Source of the DNA: Eledone cirrhosa
Taxonomy: Eukaryota
Length of the DNA stretch: 64,000 bases
Direction of reading: 5' to 3'
NCBI GenBank assembly: GCA_964016885.1
Contig: OZ024759.1
Coordinates: 12,772,001 to 12,836,000, forward strand
Positions 1 through 15,040 of the stretch are shown here, one piece after another. Below the pieces are notes generated by a model. That model saw nothing but the letters and a program-made list of their open reading frames with translations, was not told the DNA's origin and made no database searches. Made by a program: the position numbers and the translations under genes. Position 1 is the stretch's first letter; each line of letters opens with the position of its first letter.

Positions 1-181
1 TGACATTAAGGTATTGTTCTCAAAATGAATAATATCAAAATCTCAAAGCTTCGATATTATGTGAGGTAAAGCCTTTACCACAAAAATACAATAGTATATA
101 TAGAGTAATGTAAATGTTATGTGAGGTAAAGCCTTTACCACAAAAATACAATAGTATATATAGAGTAATGTAAATGCTAAA
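1..181 (+). mobile_element. piggyBac-like MITE, right part (left end outside window)
   Basis: Same body as copies at 37469, 52553 and 59012; ends in taaatgctaaag. Confidence 0.7.
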
Positions 182-539
182 GCACTAATGTCAATATGAG
201 TGGCTGCTTTGAACAGAAAGTGGTGAGATAATTCTGGCCAGTTTAAAGATATTTTTAACATGGGTGAGGGGTGTTTTCTGTTGAATCTAGACAACATCTG
301 ATTGATGTTTTTTGAGAAGGTTTACACTACCTTGGGGCTGACAATAATTCTCAAGAACCTGGTGAGTCTGTGCCTGGATAGCAGAAAGTCTGATATTTAT
401 GGAACAGGCCTTGGGGGGTAGTAGAAAAGTTTGTTTACTGTTAACAGGTCTTGTAACTTGGATGACGAAGGGAATCACAGGATTCAGAAAGCAAGTCATA
501 CTTTTGGCGAGCTTGAGGTGTGTCTATGGCCCCAACATA

Positions 540-705
540 GGACCTCACTGCAGTGTACAATGAAAGTATTTCCACATCAATACTGTACACTTGTGAGATA
601 TGGTTAATTTACAGACATAACTAGAAACAACTTAAAAGTTTTCAGCAAATGAGTCCCAGAAAGATTGTTGGAATTAAATGGATATACGAGGTAAGTAACC
701 TGTCT
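540..705 (+). mobile_element. Degraded RTE/BovB-type LINE ORF fragment
   Basis: Translates VYNESISTSILYTCEIWLIYRHN*KQLKSFQQMSPRKIVGIKW..VSN, matching the post-RT LLY.CE.W motif. Confidence 0.55.
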
Positions 706-1070
706 ACTTTATCACCTGGTAACTCGTTCAGTGAGCTACATTTAAATAAAAAACAAATTAAATCTTAAACATATTGTTATTGGTTACCCAGACAAAAATT
801 TCTAAAAGAAATTTATTTCATCATCATCATCATCATCGTCATCAACGTTTTTACAACTGTTTTCCCACACTTGCATGGGTCCTTCTTAGCACAGAATATT
901 TCCACTCGTTGCATTCCTTCATCATCTCCTTTGTGGGTTTCAGCAATTTGAAATTAGCTCTCACCACATTTGCTCAGGTCTTCCTCTTCTACAGCTTCCT
1001 ACCACTGGGATCTCCTGGCATTTCTTTACCCAGCTACTATCATCCATACCAATGCTTGTCTCTCTTTTTC

Positions 1071-1105
<35 letters not shown>

Positions 1106-1109
1106 TCAG

Positions 1110-2115
1110 AAGAGGGTTAGTGACTGAGATACTCCCAGAGAATCTGACCAAATGAGGTTTATTTTTCAACATAGTCTGTCTTGCAGTGCTTGGATCCAAT
1201 TGATGAAGATTTCATTCTGCTGGTAAAAACAGTCAACAGCAGATATGTCATCACCATCATCATCACTGTGATACTGGTTCCCAGCCAAGTTTTTTTTTTT
1301 TTTTTCGTGTTGGGGAACAGATGGGGCCAAATGAGGAGAATAGGGAGGGTGATCAACCAGTTGAAAGCAACTGTCAGGCACAGTAACCATTGAAACCAAC
1401 GGCCTGTATGCTGGATGATGAAACAACCCCTTTTGCCAGTTTTCCTGGCTGTTAGGTCTTGATAGCCTTTCATAACTGCCTCAGCAACAGCACTCTCCAT
1501 TGATGGTGTGGCCCTTTTGAAGATAGTCAATATACACAATGCCAAAAACTGAAGCCATCACCAATGCAGATGAAACAACCTTGGCCATTTTGGGAACAGG
1601 TGAGGAGGAGTGTTTCCACTGCATGAATTGTGTCTGAACACTGGGTTAGGAAACGAACTGGATCTGCCTCAGATAATGTCAGATTTTCCTGTGATGTGAT
1701 TAGCCTGGTGTGCTTTTGATCAGGGATCAGGGAAACATGACACCCACCAAGCAGAAGAACTTTGTCATGCCAAGCTTGTTATGCAGGATATTCTCAACCC
1801 TCACAGGATATGCTAATAGCATTGGCTATCTTTTGCACTGTTGATAAAGCTGGAGGATCATCCCCTAATGTCTTTGGGGGCTAATCCTGTTTTCTGCAGG
1901 TACCTGATAACACCACAATGTCAAATTTTGTTCATTTTCAAGAGAGATCGCTACTAGTTACGTTTGAAGTCTTAGAAGAGTCGGATGTCAGTTTACCTGG
2001 AAAGAAACAATGTAGTTATTAAGAACAGTTGAAACTAATATATGCAACATTTCACAGCTCTAGCATCATTCCTTCATAGTCAGCTTATGAATGAACTTTT
2101 CAACCCATCCTAGTA
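1110..2115 (-). mobile_element. Decayed mariner (Tc1/mariner) transposon
   Basis: Motif LVDHPPYSPHLAPS (mariner HPPYSPDLAP). N-terminus MNKI*HCGVIRYLQKTGLAPKDI near 1936. Mariner-like end acttttcaacccatcctagta at ~2095-2115. Confidence 0.8.
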
Positions 2116-2444
2116 TTTGCATAGGCATACATTGATTTATGTATATATTCATATATGTATGTATACAGACATGGGTGTATGTATATATATGCATTCATAC
2201 ACAACACACACATATATATATATATTTCGTTTCTGAATTTGTTTAGCAAGATTCTTTATCTGAAAACGTGTGTTGAAACCGATATTGTTATACTGGTGCG
2301 TGTGTGTCTTATTGGCAACATGACCCTCCCAAAGTATAACAATATATATATATATAGGTATATAATATACAATATATATATATATATATGTAGTGTACCT
2401 GAGCATTGTACACAATAATTTTCATCATTTCATATATAACAGGA

Positions 2445-3150
2445 TATAAGAAGTTCAGGGAGCTACTACCACTGCTAGCTGCGAAAAGCAGACTGTATGA
2501 TGCGTGCATACAAACAGCAATGTTACATGGTAGTGAGTCTGGGTGTTGTGTGCAGAAGACTTGTTAAGATTAGAAAGAAATGAATTTTGTATGCTCCGAT
2601 GGATGTGTAATAGTAATATACATGAATGGCAAAGCATAAACAAATTGAGAGAGAGACTGAACTTAAGAGGTATCAAATGTTGTGTACAGGAGAGGAGGTT
2701 GTGTTGGTATGGACATGTGACATGTATGAAAGATGACAGCTGCATAAAGAGGTACAGAGCACTAAAAGTCGATGGAAGCCTTGCAGTGGGGAGACCCAGG
2801 AAGACCTGGGATGAGGTGATATATAAAAGCTGACTGAGACCTCTGGCGTTATGCAGTAATATAGAAGACCTGACTTCCCACAGGTACAAGCCGTAGCTGA
2901 AGCATATAGACAGTATGACCCCATTCCCTCCCACTGTAAAGTGGTTGTGTAGGTGCCACGACAAAAGAATCACCCAGCACTCACTGTAAATGAGATTGGT
3001 GTTAGGAAGGGCATCCAGCTGTAGAAATCAAGCCAAAATCAGTTCTGTATGAGCAAGACAAGGTCACCTGACCTGGCACTGCCCACAACAGAGCGACCTG
3101 TCTGACCCATGCTAGCGTGGAAGAATGGGCGTAAAACGGTGATGATGATA
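2445..3150 (+). mobile_element. RTE-clade LINE 3' fragment with tail
   Basis: MLHGSE.W...RLERNE..MLRWMC...RRL.WYGHV...GRPRKTW motifs; ends in catgctagc...gatgatgat. Confidence 0.85.
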
Positions 3151-3164
3151 TGTATGTAATTGTT

Positions 3165-3385
3165 TCAGTGCATTACTGGTACTTTATTTTTTCGACCCCT
3201 TAAGGATGAAAGGAAAAGTTAACCCTGGCAGGATTTGAACTCAGAACGTAAAGGGCCATAACACTGTTGCAAAACATGGTGTCAGACATCATGCTTTACA
3301 GCATAGAGTTACGGCTTTTCATCCTTACGGGGTCGATAAAATAAAGTACCAGTAATGCACTGCGATTTTTGCTGGCCTTGTGCGA
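3165..3385. mobile_element. Two SINE-B (Meta-domain-like) fragments in inverted orientation
   Basis: cagtgcattactggtactttatt...aaggatgaaa at 3167 and its reverse complement at 3315-3362. Confidence 0.75.
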
Positions 3386-5659
3386 AAAGTGTTTGCGCAT
3401 GCTCATTTATAAAGTAAAACAAAATGGCTGTGTAAATGTTTTGATACTTTTCAAACTGTAGAAAAACAGTTAAAAAGTGGGATTTTACTATTTTCAGGAA
3501 GGTAAAGTATATCTTTATATTATATTGAACAGTTTAATTAAAACATTATATATTTAATTCCTTTCATGTCACTAATAACTGTTTAAACGGTAGTCCGCAA
3601 TTCTACCGAGAAAATTAGTCGTATTCTTTAAAAAAATATCTACGAAACGAAGGGAGGTAACTCGTATTGATTCGGTAGACTTTTTTTTTAACAAGAAAAT
3701 TAAGTGCATTGGTGGTATTGTGACGATGAGGGGGATTCGATCTCTGACCTTAGGAGATAATACAAGACGACCATGTCCTTTCCTGCTTATACAGAGAGAG
3801 TTTGTGTGCAGTTAAGAATGTTACTTCTTTTTTGCCAATAGAAATTTAGTGATACCCTCTTGTTCAAGTGGATAGTTTAGTGACTATACAAACCGGGCAT
3901 GTCTCTAACTGGTTTATCTGACCGTAGGAGATCCAATCATGCCCTCCTCTGCTTATTTTTTACTATATAGAGAGAGTTTGTGCGCGGTTAGGGTTTGCAC
4001 ATATGTTTGCCAATAGAATTTCAGTGACACTTTGCTGTTCAACTGGACTGTACAAGCCAGACATGTCTATAACTATGGTTTAGCTGACCATAGGAGATAC
4101 TCCAAGCCAACCATGCCCTTCTCTGCTTATTTCACCCTCAATTAGAACATCGTATGAGAAGTACACACTCCTCTGTGGCCATAGGAAATGCTGACCATGG
4201 TGCACCTGATTGTAGGACATCGTATGGGTAGTACACACCTTTATTTCGCCCTAGGTAGCCGTAGGAGATTCTACATTCAGCTGACTAGAACATCGTATCA
4301 GAAGTACACACCTCTATGGTTTAGCTGGCTGTAGATCCTACAACCAGTTCATTTGTTAATTGGCACTGACCTTAGATCCTTTAAGCCAACCATGCCCTTA
4401 CACTGCTTGTGTCACCCTAGGTGGCCATATGAGATCCTTTGCCCTCTAACTAGCCACTCAACACAGTGTAATTTGACATTTCAATACCACTTTGAAGCAG
4501 AGTAACATCAAGCCTTCGAGGTGTGGGGAAATCACTTGCTATTGGGAAAAGATAAAGGTGAGACACAACAAAAGGAGGAATGGATTGACACTTGCCTCTC
4601 CTACCAAATATTCCCACGTCTTGTGTATACAGTCACCAAAGTATCCACAACTGATGAACAACTTTGCCATCATCGAATGCCAATGGAAAACCATGAATGC
4701 ACTCCATACCCACACACAAATATATATACAAACTCTGCCTACGACTATTGACATTGTAAAAAAAATATACATGTGAATGATTTTATGGATACAATTTCTG
4801 AATTTAAAAGCCTCCTCTTTACACCAACGCACGAACAATTTTCTTGTGAAAATATCTATTTTCCGAACAAATTACTTCCATCCATTTCATTTACATATCT
4901 TTTTTTCAACGGATAATAAAGATTTCTTACCTTCTTATAGACACCTCCAAGTATATGTCTTAACAAATGTGAATTATACATCAATTAAATTAATATTTTT
5001 TATTTGTGTTCTATATGTGAAGCTCACGGTGGAGAGATGCTGTGCTGAATAGGACCCGTCCCACCCTTGCAAACAGGGAAAAGCGGACATAAAATGATGA
5101 TGATGTGACGGGAGTATTCAAGGCTAGTGATGCGATTGCAGAGCCTCTCCTTTGCAGGGGAAGTGACAGCTGCTGTGCGGGGAAGTAACTGCCACTGTCT
5201 ACAGCTTCCTGTGTGCACAGTCATATGGCCACTCCCTAATTGTGTGTCCAGAAACACATTGTTTCTACAGAGCTTGCTGCAAGGGTGCTTATAAGTGAGC
5301 GATTGGCTCATATTAGTCTTGGTTGACAACCAGCAGTCATCTCAGAATGCTGAGCCACTGGAGAAGGACTGACCAAGTACACACTTGTACCAGAGTCTGA
5401 GGATTAAGGACTGGCCTCTACACCCACCTCAGGGTGTTCTACCACACAGAACAGGACAACAGTTCTTTCCATTGATCTTAACAAGCAAGGAATTCGCCAT
5501 TCATATTCTATATGCGACTGATGGATAGATACACTGGTTCTCAACGGTGTCATGATAAACTTAGTGAGGGACGGGGCACTTGGAGAGGAGATGGCCACCG
5601 TCAAACATTTCTGTGGCCCAATGAAATGTCCTAACATTGGTAAACTTAATAAGCATTGT

Positions 5660-6450
5660 ATCATCATCAACATTTAACATCCATTTTCTATGCTTGCATG
5701 GGTTAGACGGCTCATCCACATCATGAGACAAGTCTGGCCAGATTAGCTCAGACTGAACTGTAAATTTGGCTGGGATTTCTACAGCTGGATGCCCTTCTTA
5801 ACACCGACCACATTTACAGTGTGGGCTCGGGTGGCACCATTATGATGAGGGACAGCTTAGCTGGCAGCGCCATACCCTGCTCACAGTGGAAACATGGTTT
5901 GGGAGCCACACCCACATTTACAGTGTGGTACTGGATGGCTGAGTACACTGAACCCTGCTCACAGTGGAACAATAGTTTATGAGGGAGGTTGAGGCAGTTG
6001 GCCATGCCAAGCTTTACTCATAAAAAGAGTCATGTGACCAAGTGGGCCTGCTGTCAACCATGTTTACAGTATGGTGCAGAGGTTGATGTTGAGCTGTCGA
6101 CACGGGTCTTTTATTGTATGTTGTGGCGCCAGAGGACTAGGTCCTATATCATCCACATTGGGAGATGATGTTGAACCAGGTCAGCCTTTATTGAGGCATC
6201 CTACAACTACTAATGCCCTGCACCTTTTTAAACAGCTCTCATCCTTTATGCACAACACGTGACCATACCACCGCAGTCTTCTCTCCTGTACACAGTATTT
6301 GATCCCTCTCATGCTTAATTTCACTCTTAATACATTTACACTTTGCCGTTCACGGACACTGTTACACATCCATCTGATCACACAGGCTTATCTACACAAA
6401 GCCCATCCTTCACTTCCATGTAGCATTGCTGAATGCACACATCGTATTCC
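5660..6450 (-). mobile_element. Degraded RTE LINE 3' fragment
   Basis: MIRWMCN...VQERRLRWYGHV on minus; family tail (catcatc...catggg...ggatgccct) at 5660-5820. Confidence 0.75.
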
Positions 6451-6844
6451 TTGCCTTTTATGTTATTTAACGTCCATTCACCCTGATAGCAAGGGTTGGA
6501 CAACTCATCGCAGGGCTATTGACATTTGGCTTCTGTTCTCATACATGCTGAAGGACCTGTGTAATTTATCATAACACTAGGGAGATTGTTTTATATTGGA
6601 CACAGCTGAAGGTTCCTTACCACTCCATGGCTTTTCTATCACATTTTACATACTGTATTGAGTTCATTGTGTAGACCTCGAATATTACAGAAGTTATTGA
6701 GTCCTTACAACCATATTCTTTACCAACACTATATGGTTTTACTGTTTTGTAAACATTCAGACAAGGTCTATAATTTAAACAAAACTTCATTTTTACTCTC
6801 ACCAGCAAAAAGAACCCTGAAAATGATGTGCTCTGCCATTTCCC

Positions 6845-7187
6845 CTTCAAATAAATCATCATCATTTTACGTCCGCTTTTCCCTGCTTGCAAGGGTGGGA
6901 CGGGAACTGATTCTGGCTTGATTTCTACAGCTGGATGCCCTTCCTAACACCAACCTCATTTACAGTGAGTGCTGGGTGCTTTTTTGCCGTGGCACCTCCA
7001 CGACCACTTTGCAGTGGAATGACAGGGACCCCAGTCCCTATCATCTCATTTCTACAGCTGAGTAAACTGGAGCAATGTGAAATAAAGTGTCTTGCTCAAG
7101 GAAACAACACATCACCCGGTCTGAGAATTGAACTCACAACCTTTCGATTGCAAGGCCAATGCTCTAACCACTAAGCCATGTGCCTCC
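6845..7187 (-). mobile_element. SINE-A (tRNA-derived head, RTE-like tail)
   Basis: Near-identical reverse complement of 47630-47900; A box tggcttagtgg, B box gagttcaattc. Confidence 0.85.
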
Positions 7188-7444
7188 ATATATCTGTATA
7201 TATACAGGTGATGACACAGGACAGAGATCTCTGGCGTTATGCAGTAATACAGAAGACCCACCTTCCCATAAGCACATACACCTTCCACATCTTAACATCC
7301 CACCCATGTCCTGACACTCCATCCCTATAGCTGTGGTGAAATATATTCGCACATACTCTCCCCCAAATGACATCTGGCTGCTATTTCTAGCACTTAGCAA
7401 AAAACTCTTCCATCAGCAATTCATCCACACTCAGTCACCAGCTT

Positions 7445-10400
7445 CCTTACCACAGCCAGCCTACTACTACCTCTACCACTACATACTGTCTGACCACAGC
7501 CAGGCTACTACTACCTCTACTGGTACATACTGTCTGACCACAGCCAGCCTACTACTACCTCTACCACTACATACTGCCTGACCACAGCCAGCCTACTACT
7601 ACCTCTACCACTACATACTGCCTGACCACAGCCAGCCTACTACTACCTCTACCACTACATACTGTCTGACCACAGCCAGCCTACTACTACCTCTACCACT
7701 ACATACTGTCTGACCACAACCAGCCTACTACTACCTCTACCACTACATACTGTCTGACCACAGCCAGCCTACTACTACCTCTACCACTACATACTGTCTG
7801 ACCACTGCCAGCCTACTACTACCTCTACCACTACATACTGTCTGACCACAACCAGCCTACTACTACCTCTACCACTACATACTGTCTGACCACAGCCAGC
7901 CTACTACTACCTCTACCACTACATACTGCCTGACCACAGCCAGCCTACTACTACCTCTACCACTACATACTGTCTGACCACAGCCAGCCTACTACTACCT
8001 CTACCACTACATACTGTCTGACCACAGCCAGCCTACTACTACCTCTACCACTACATACTGTCTGACCACAGCCAGCCTACTACTACCTCTACCACTACAT
8101 ACTGCCTGACCACAGCCAGCCTACTACTACCTCTACCACTACATACTGTCTGACCACAGCCAGCCTACTACTACCTCTACTGGTACATACTGTCTGACCA
8201 CAACCAGCCTACTACTACCTCTACCACTACATACTGCCTGACCACTGCCAGCCTACTACTACCTCTACCACTACATACTGTCTGACCACAGCCAGCCTAC
8301 TACTACCTCTACCACTACATACTGTCTGACCACAACCAGCCTACTACTACCTCTACCACTACATACTGTCTGACCACAGCCAGCCTACTACTACCTCTAC
8401 CACTACATACTGACCACTGCCAGCCTACTACTACCTCTACCACTACATACTGTCTGACCACAGCCAGCCTACTACTACCTCTACCACTACATACTGACCA
8501 CAGCCAGCCTACTACTACCTCTACCACTACATACTGTCTGACCACAGCCAGCCTACTACTACCTCTACCACTACATACTGTCTGACCACAGCCAGCCTAC
8601 TACTACCTCTACTGGTACATACTGTCTGACCACAACCAGCCTACTACTACCTCTACCACTACATACTGTCTGACCACAGCCAGCCTACTACTACCTCTAC
8701 CACTACATACTGTCTGACCACAGCCAGCCTACTACTACCTCTACCACTACATACTGTCTGACCACAGCCAGCCTACTACTACCTCTACCACTACATACTG
8801 TCTGACCACAGCCAGCCTACTACTACCTCTACCACTACATACTGTCTGACCACAGCCAGCCTACTACTACCTCTACCACTACATACTGTCTGACCACAGC
8901 CAGCCTACTACTACCTCTACCACTACATACTGTCTGACCACAGCCAGCCTACTACTACCTCTACCACTACATACTGCCTGACCACTGCCAGCCTACTACT
9001 ACCTCTACCACTACATACTGTCTGACCACAGCCAGCCTACTACTACCTCTACCACTACATACTGTCTGACCACAGCCAGCCTACTACTACCTCTACCACT
9101 ACATACTGTCTGACCACAGCCAGCCTACTACTACCTCTACCACTACATACTGTCTGACCACAGCCAGCCTACTACTACCTCTACCACTACATACTGTCTG
9201 ACCACAGCCAGCCTACTACTACCTCTACCACTACATACTGTCTGACCACAGCCAGCCTACTACTACCTCTACCACTACATACTGTCTGACCACAGCCAGC
9301 CTACTACTACCTCTACTGGTACATACTGTCTGACCACAACCAGCCTACTACTACCTCTACCACTACATACTGTCTGACCACAGCCAGCCTACTACTACCT
9401 CTACCACTACATACTGTCTGACCACAGCCAGCCTACTACTACCTCTACCACTACATACTGTCTGACCACAGCCAGCCTACTACTACCTCTACCACTACAT
9501 ACTGTCTGACCACAGCCAGCCTACTACTACCTCTACCACTACATACTGACCACTGCCAGCCTACTACTACCTCTACCACTACATACTGTCTGACCACAGC
9601 CAGCCTACTACTACCTCTACCACTACATACTGTCTGACCACAGCCAGCCTACTACTACCTCTACCACTACATACTGTCTGACCACAGCCAGCCTACTACT
9701 ACCTCTACCACTACATACTGTCTGACCACAGCCAGCCTACTACTACCTCTACCACTACATACTGTCTGACCACAGCCAGCCTACTACTACCTCTACCACT
9801 ACATACTGCCTGACCACTGCCAGCCTACTACTACCTCTACCACTACATACTGACCACTGCCAGCCTACTACTACCTCTACCACTACATACTGTCTGACCA
9901 CAGCCAGCCTACTACTACCTCTACCACTACATACTGTCTGACCACAGCCAGCCTACTACTACCTCTACCACTACATACTGTCTGACCACAGCAAGCCTAC
10001 TACTACCTCTACCACTACATACTGTCTGACCACAACCAGCCTACTACTACCTCTACCACTACATACTGTCTGACCACTGCCAGCCTACTGCTACCTCTAC
10101 TGGTACATACTGTCTGACCACAGCCAGCCTACTACTACCTCTACCACTACATACTGTCTGACCACAGCCAGCCTACTACTACCTCTACCACTACATACTG
10201 TCTGACCACAGCCAGCCTACTACTACCTCTACCACTACATACTGTCTGACCACTGCCAGCCTACTACTACCTCTACCACTACATACTGTCTGACCACAAC
10301 CAGCCTACTACTACCTCTACCACTACATACTGTCTGACCACTGCCAGCCTACTGCTACCTCTACCACTACATACTGTCTGACCACAGCCAGCCTACTACT

Positions 10401-13400
10401 ACCTCTACCACTACATACTGCCTGACCACAGCCAGCCTACTACTACCTCTACCACTACATACTGTCTGACCACAGCCAGCCTACTACTACCTCTACCACT
10501 ACATACTGCCTGACCACTGCCAGCCTACTACTACCTCTACCACTACATACTGCCTGACCACAGCCAGCCTACTACTACCTCTACCACTACATACTGCCTG
10601 ACCACAGCCAGCCTACTACTACCTCTACCACTACATACTGTCTGACCACAGCCAGCCTACTACTACCTCTACCACTACATACTGCCTGACCACAGCCAGC
10701 CTACTACTACCTCTACCACTACATACTGCCTGACCACAGCCAGCCTACTACTACCTCTACCACTACATACTGCCTGACCACAGCCAGCCTACTACTACCT
10801 CTACCACTACATACTGTCTGACCACAGCCAGCCTACTACTACCTCTACCACTACATACTGCCTGACCACAGCCAGCCTACTACTACCTCTACCACTACAT
10901 ACTGTCTGACCACAGCCAGCCTACTACTACCTCTACCACTACATACTGTCTGACCACAGCCAGCCTACTACTACCTCTACCACTACATACTGCCTGACCA
11001 CAGCCAGCCTACTACTACCTCTACCACTACATACTGTCTGACCACAGCCAGCCTACTACTACCTCTACCACTACATACTGTCTGACCACAGCCAGCCTAC
11101 TACTACCTCTACCACTACATACTGTCTGACCACAGCCAGCCTACTACTACCTCTACCACTACATACTGCCTGACCACAGCCAGCCTACTACTACCTCTAC
11201 CACTACATACTGTCTGACCACAGCCAGCCTACTACTACCTCTACCACTACATACTGTCTGACCACTGCCAGCCTACTACTACCTCTACCACTACATACTG
11301 TCTGACCACAGCCAGCCTACTACTACCTCTACCACTACATACTGTCTGACCACAGCCAGCCTACTACTACCTCTACCACTACATACTGTCTGACCACAGC
11401 CAGCCTACTACTACCTCTACCACTACATACTGCCTGACCACAGCCAGCCTACTACTACCTCTACCACTACATACTGTCTGACCACAGCCAGCCTACTACT
11501 ACCTCTACCACTACATACTGTCTGACCACAGCCAGCCTACTACTACCTCTACCACTACATACTGTCTGACCACAGCCAGCCTACTACTACCTCTACCACT
11601 ACATACTGTCTGACCACAGCCAGCCTACTACTACCTCTACCACTACATACTGTCTGACCACAGCCAGCCTACTACTACCTCTACCACTACATACTGTCTG
11701 ACCACAGCCAGCCTACTACTACCTCTACCACTACATACTGTCTGACCACAGCCAGCCTACTACTACCTCTACCACTACATACTGTCTGACCACTGCCAGC
11801 CTACTACTACCTCTACCACTACATACTGTCTGACCACTGCCAGCCTACTACTACCTCTACCACTACATACTGCCTGACCACAGCCAGCCTACTACTACCT
11901 CTACCACTACATACTGCCTGACCACAGCCAGCCTACTACTACCTCTACCACTACATACTGCCTGACCACAGCCAGCCTACTACTACCTCTACCACTACAT
12001 ACTGTCTGACCACAGCCAGCCTACTACTACCTCTACCACTACATACTGCCTGACCACAGCCAGCCTACTACTACCTCTACCACTACATACTGTCTGACCA
12101 CAGCCAGCCTACTACTACCTCTACCACTACATACTGTCTGACCACAGCCAGCCTACTACTACCTCTACCACTACATACTGTCTGACCACAGCCAGCCTAC
12201 TACTACCTCTACCACTACATACTGCCTGACCACAGCCAGCCTACTACTACCTCTACCACTACATACTGTCTGACCACAGCCAGCCTACTACTACCTCTAC
12301 CACTACATACTGCCTGACCACAGCCAGCCTACTACTACCTCTACCACTACATACTGTCTGACCACAGCCAGCCTACTACTACCTCTACCACTACATACTG
12401 CCTGACCACTGCCAATCTACTACTACCTCTACCACTACATACTGACCACAGCCAGCCTACTACTACCTCTACCACTACATACTGTCTGACCACAGCCAGC
12501 CTACTACTACCTCTACCACTACATACTGTCTGACCACAGCCAGCCTACTACTACCTCTACCACTACATACTGTCTGACCACAGCCAGCCTACTACTACCT
12601 CTACCACTACATACTGTCTGACCACAGCCAGCCTACTACTACCTCTACCACTACATACTGTCTGACCACAACCAGCCTACTACTACCTCTACTGGTACAT
12701 ACTGTCTGACCACAGCCAGCCTACTACTACCTCTACCACTACATACTGCCTGACCACAGCCAGCCTACTACTACCTCTACCACTACATACTGTCTGACCA
12801 CAGCCAGCCTACTACTACCTCTACCACTACATACTGTCTGACCACAGCCAGGCTACTACTACCTCTACCACTACATACTGTCTGACCACAGCCAGCCTAC
12901 TACTACCTCTACCACTACATACTGTCTGACCACAGCCAGCCTACTACTACCTCTACTGGTACATACTGTCTGACCACAGCCAGCCTACTACTACCTCTAC
13001 CACTACATACTGTCTGACCACAGCCAGCCTACTACTACCTCTACCACTACATACTGTCTGACCACAGCCAGCCTACTACTACCTCTACTGGTACATACTG
13101 CCTGACCACAGCCAGCCTACTACTACCTCTACCACTACATACTGTCTGACCACAGCCAGCCTACTACTACCTCTACCACTACATACTGTCTGACCACAGC
13201 CAGCCTACTACTACCTCTACCACTACATACTGCCTGACCACAGCCAGCCTACTACTACCTCTACTGGTACATACTGTCTGACCACAGCCAGCCTACTACT
13301 ACCTCTACCACTACATACTGCCTGACCACAGCCAGCCTACTACTACCTCTACTGGTACATACTGTCTGACCACAGCCAGGCTACTACTACCTCTACTGGT

Positions 13401-14720
13401 ACATACTGTCTGACCACAGCCAGCCTACTACTACCTCTACCACTACATACTGTCTGACCACAGCCAGCCTACTACTACCTCTACCACTACATACTGTCTG
13501 ACCACAGCCAGCCTACTACTACCTCTACTGGTACATACTGCCTGACCACAGCCAGCCTACTACTACCTCTACCACTACATACTGTCTGACCACAGCCAGC
13601 CTACTACTACCTCTACCACTACATACTGTCTGACCACAGCCAGCCTACTACTACCTCTACCACTACATACTGCCTGACCACAGCCAGCCTACTACTACCT
13701 CTACTGGTACATACTGTCTGACCACAGCCAGCCTACTACTACCTCTACCACTACATACTGTCTGACCACAGCCAGCCTACTACTACCTCTACCACTACAT
13801 ACTGTCTGACCACAGCCAGGCTACTACTACCTCTACCACTACATACTGCCTGACCACAGCCAGCCTACTACTACCTCTACCACTACATACTGCCTGACCA
13901 CAGCCAGCCTACTACTACCTCTACCACTACATACTGTCTGACCACAGCCAGCCTACTACTACCTCTACCACTACATACTGTCTGACCACAGCCAGCCTAC
14001 TACTACCTCTACCACTACATACTGTCTGACCACTGCCAGCCTACTACTACCTCTACTGGTACATACTGTCTGACCACAGCCAGGCTACTACTACCTCTAC
14101 CACTACATACTGCCTGACCACAGCCAGCCTACTACTACCTCTACCACTACATACTGTCTGACCACAGCCAGCCTACTACTACCTCTACCACTACATACTG
14201 CCTTACCACAGCCAGCCTACTACTACCTCTACCACTACATACTGTCTGACCACAGCCAGCCTACTACTACCTCTACCACTACATACTGTCTGACCACAGC
14301 CAGCCTACTACTACCTCTACTGGTACATACTGTCTGACCACAGCCAGCCTACTACTACCTCTACCACTACATACTGTCTGACCACAGCCAGGCTACTACT
14401 ACCTCTACCACTACATACTGCCTGACCACAGCCAGCCTACTACTACCTCTACCACTACATACTGACCACTGCCAGCCTACTACTACCTCTACTGGTACAT
14501 ACTGACCACTTCCAGCCTACTACTACCTCTACTGGTACATACTGACCACAGCCAGCCTACTACTACCTCTACCACTACATACTGACCACTGCCAGCCTAC
14601 TACTACCTCTACCACTACATACTGACCACAGCCAGCCTACTACTACCTCTACCACTACATACTGACCACTGCCAGTCTACTACTACCTCTACCACTACAT
14701 ACTGACCACTGCCAGCCTAG
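7445..14720. repeat. 44-bp minisatellite/satellite, ~165 copies
   Basis: Unit ctgaccacagccagcctactactacctctaccactacatactgt, highly homogeneous, with a few 40-bp variants. Confidence 0.98.
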
Positions 14721-14749
14721 TACTTTACTTTGGCCCCACTCTGTCACAG

Positions 14750-15040
14750 ATGACCATGGTTTTGCACCTAGAAAGTTTCTCTGAAGCACAAGCCTGGGTA
14801 AGGTTGTTTGTGAAAGACCAGCAGTCACCTATCAATACCAGTCTCTCCTCTCCACTGTTGTCCAAGTGAAAGGCAATGGCCGATACAGCTTGGCTCCAGT
14901 GACGTCACCACTCATTTCTACAGCTGAGTAAACTGGAGCAACGTGAAATAAAGTGTCTTGCTCAAGGACACAACGCATCCCCCAATCCGAGAATTGAACT
15001 CACAACCTCTCAAATGCTCGAACCACTAAGCCATGCGCCT
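14750..15040 (-). mobile_element. SINE-A-related element (second subfamily, different tail)
   Basis: tRNA-like head plus ccttgagcaagacactt core on minus; homologous to 44168-44445. Confidence 0.8.
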
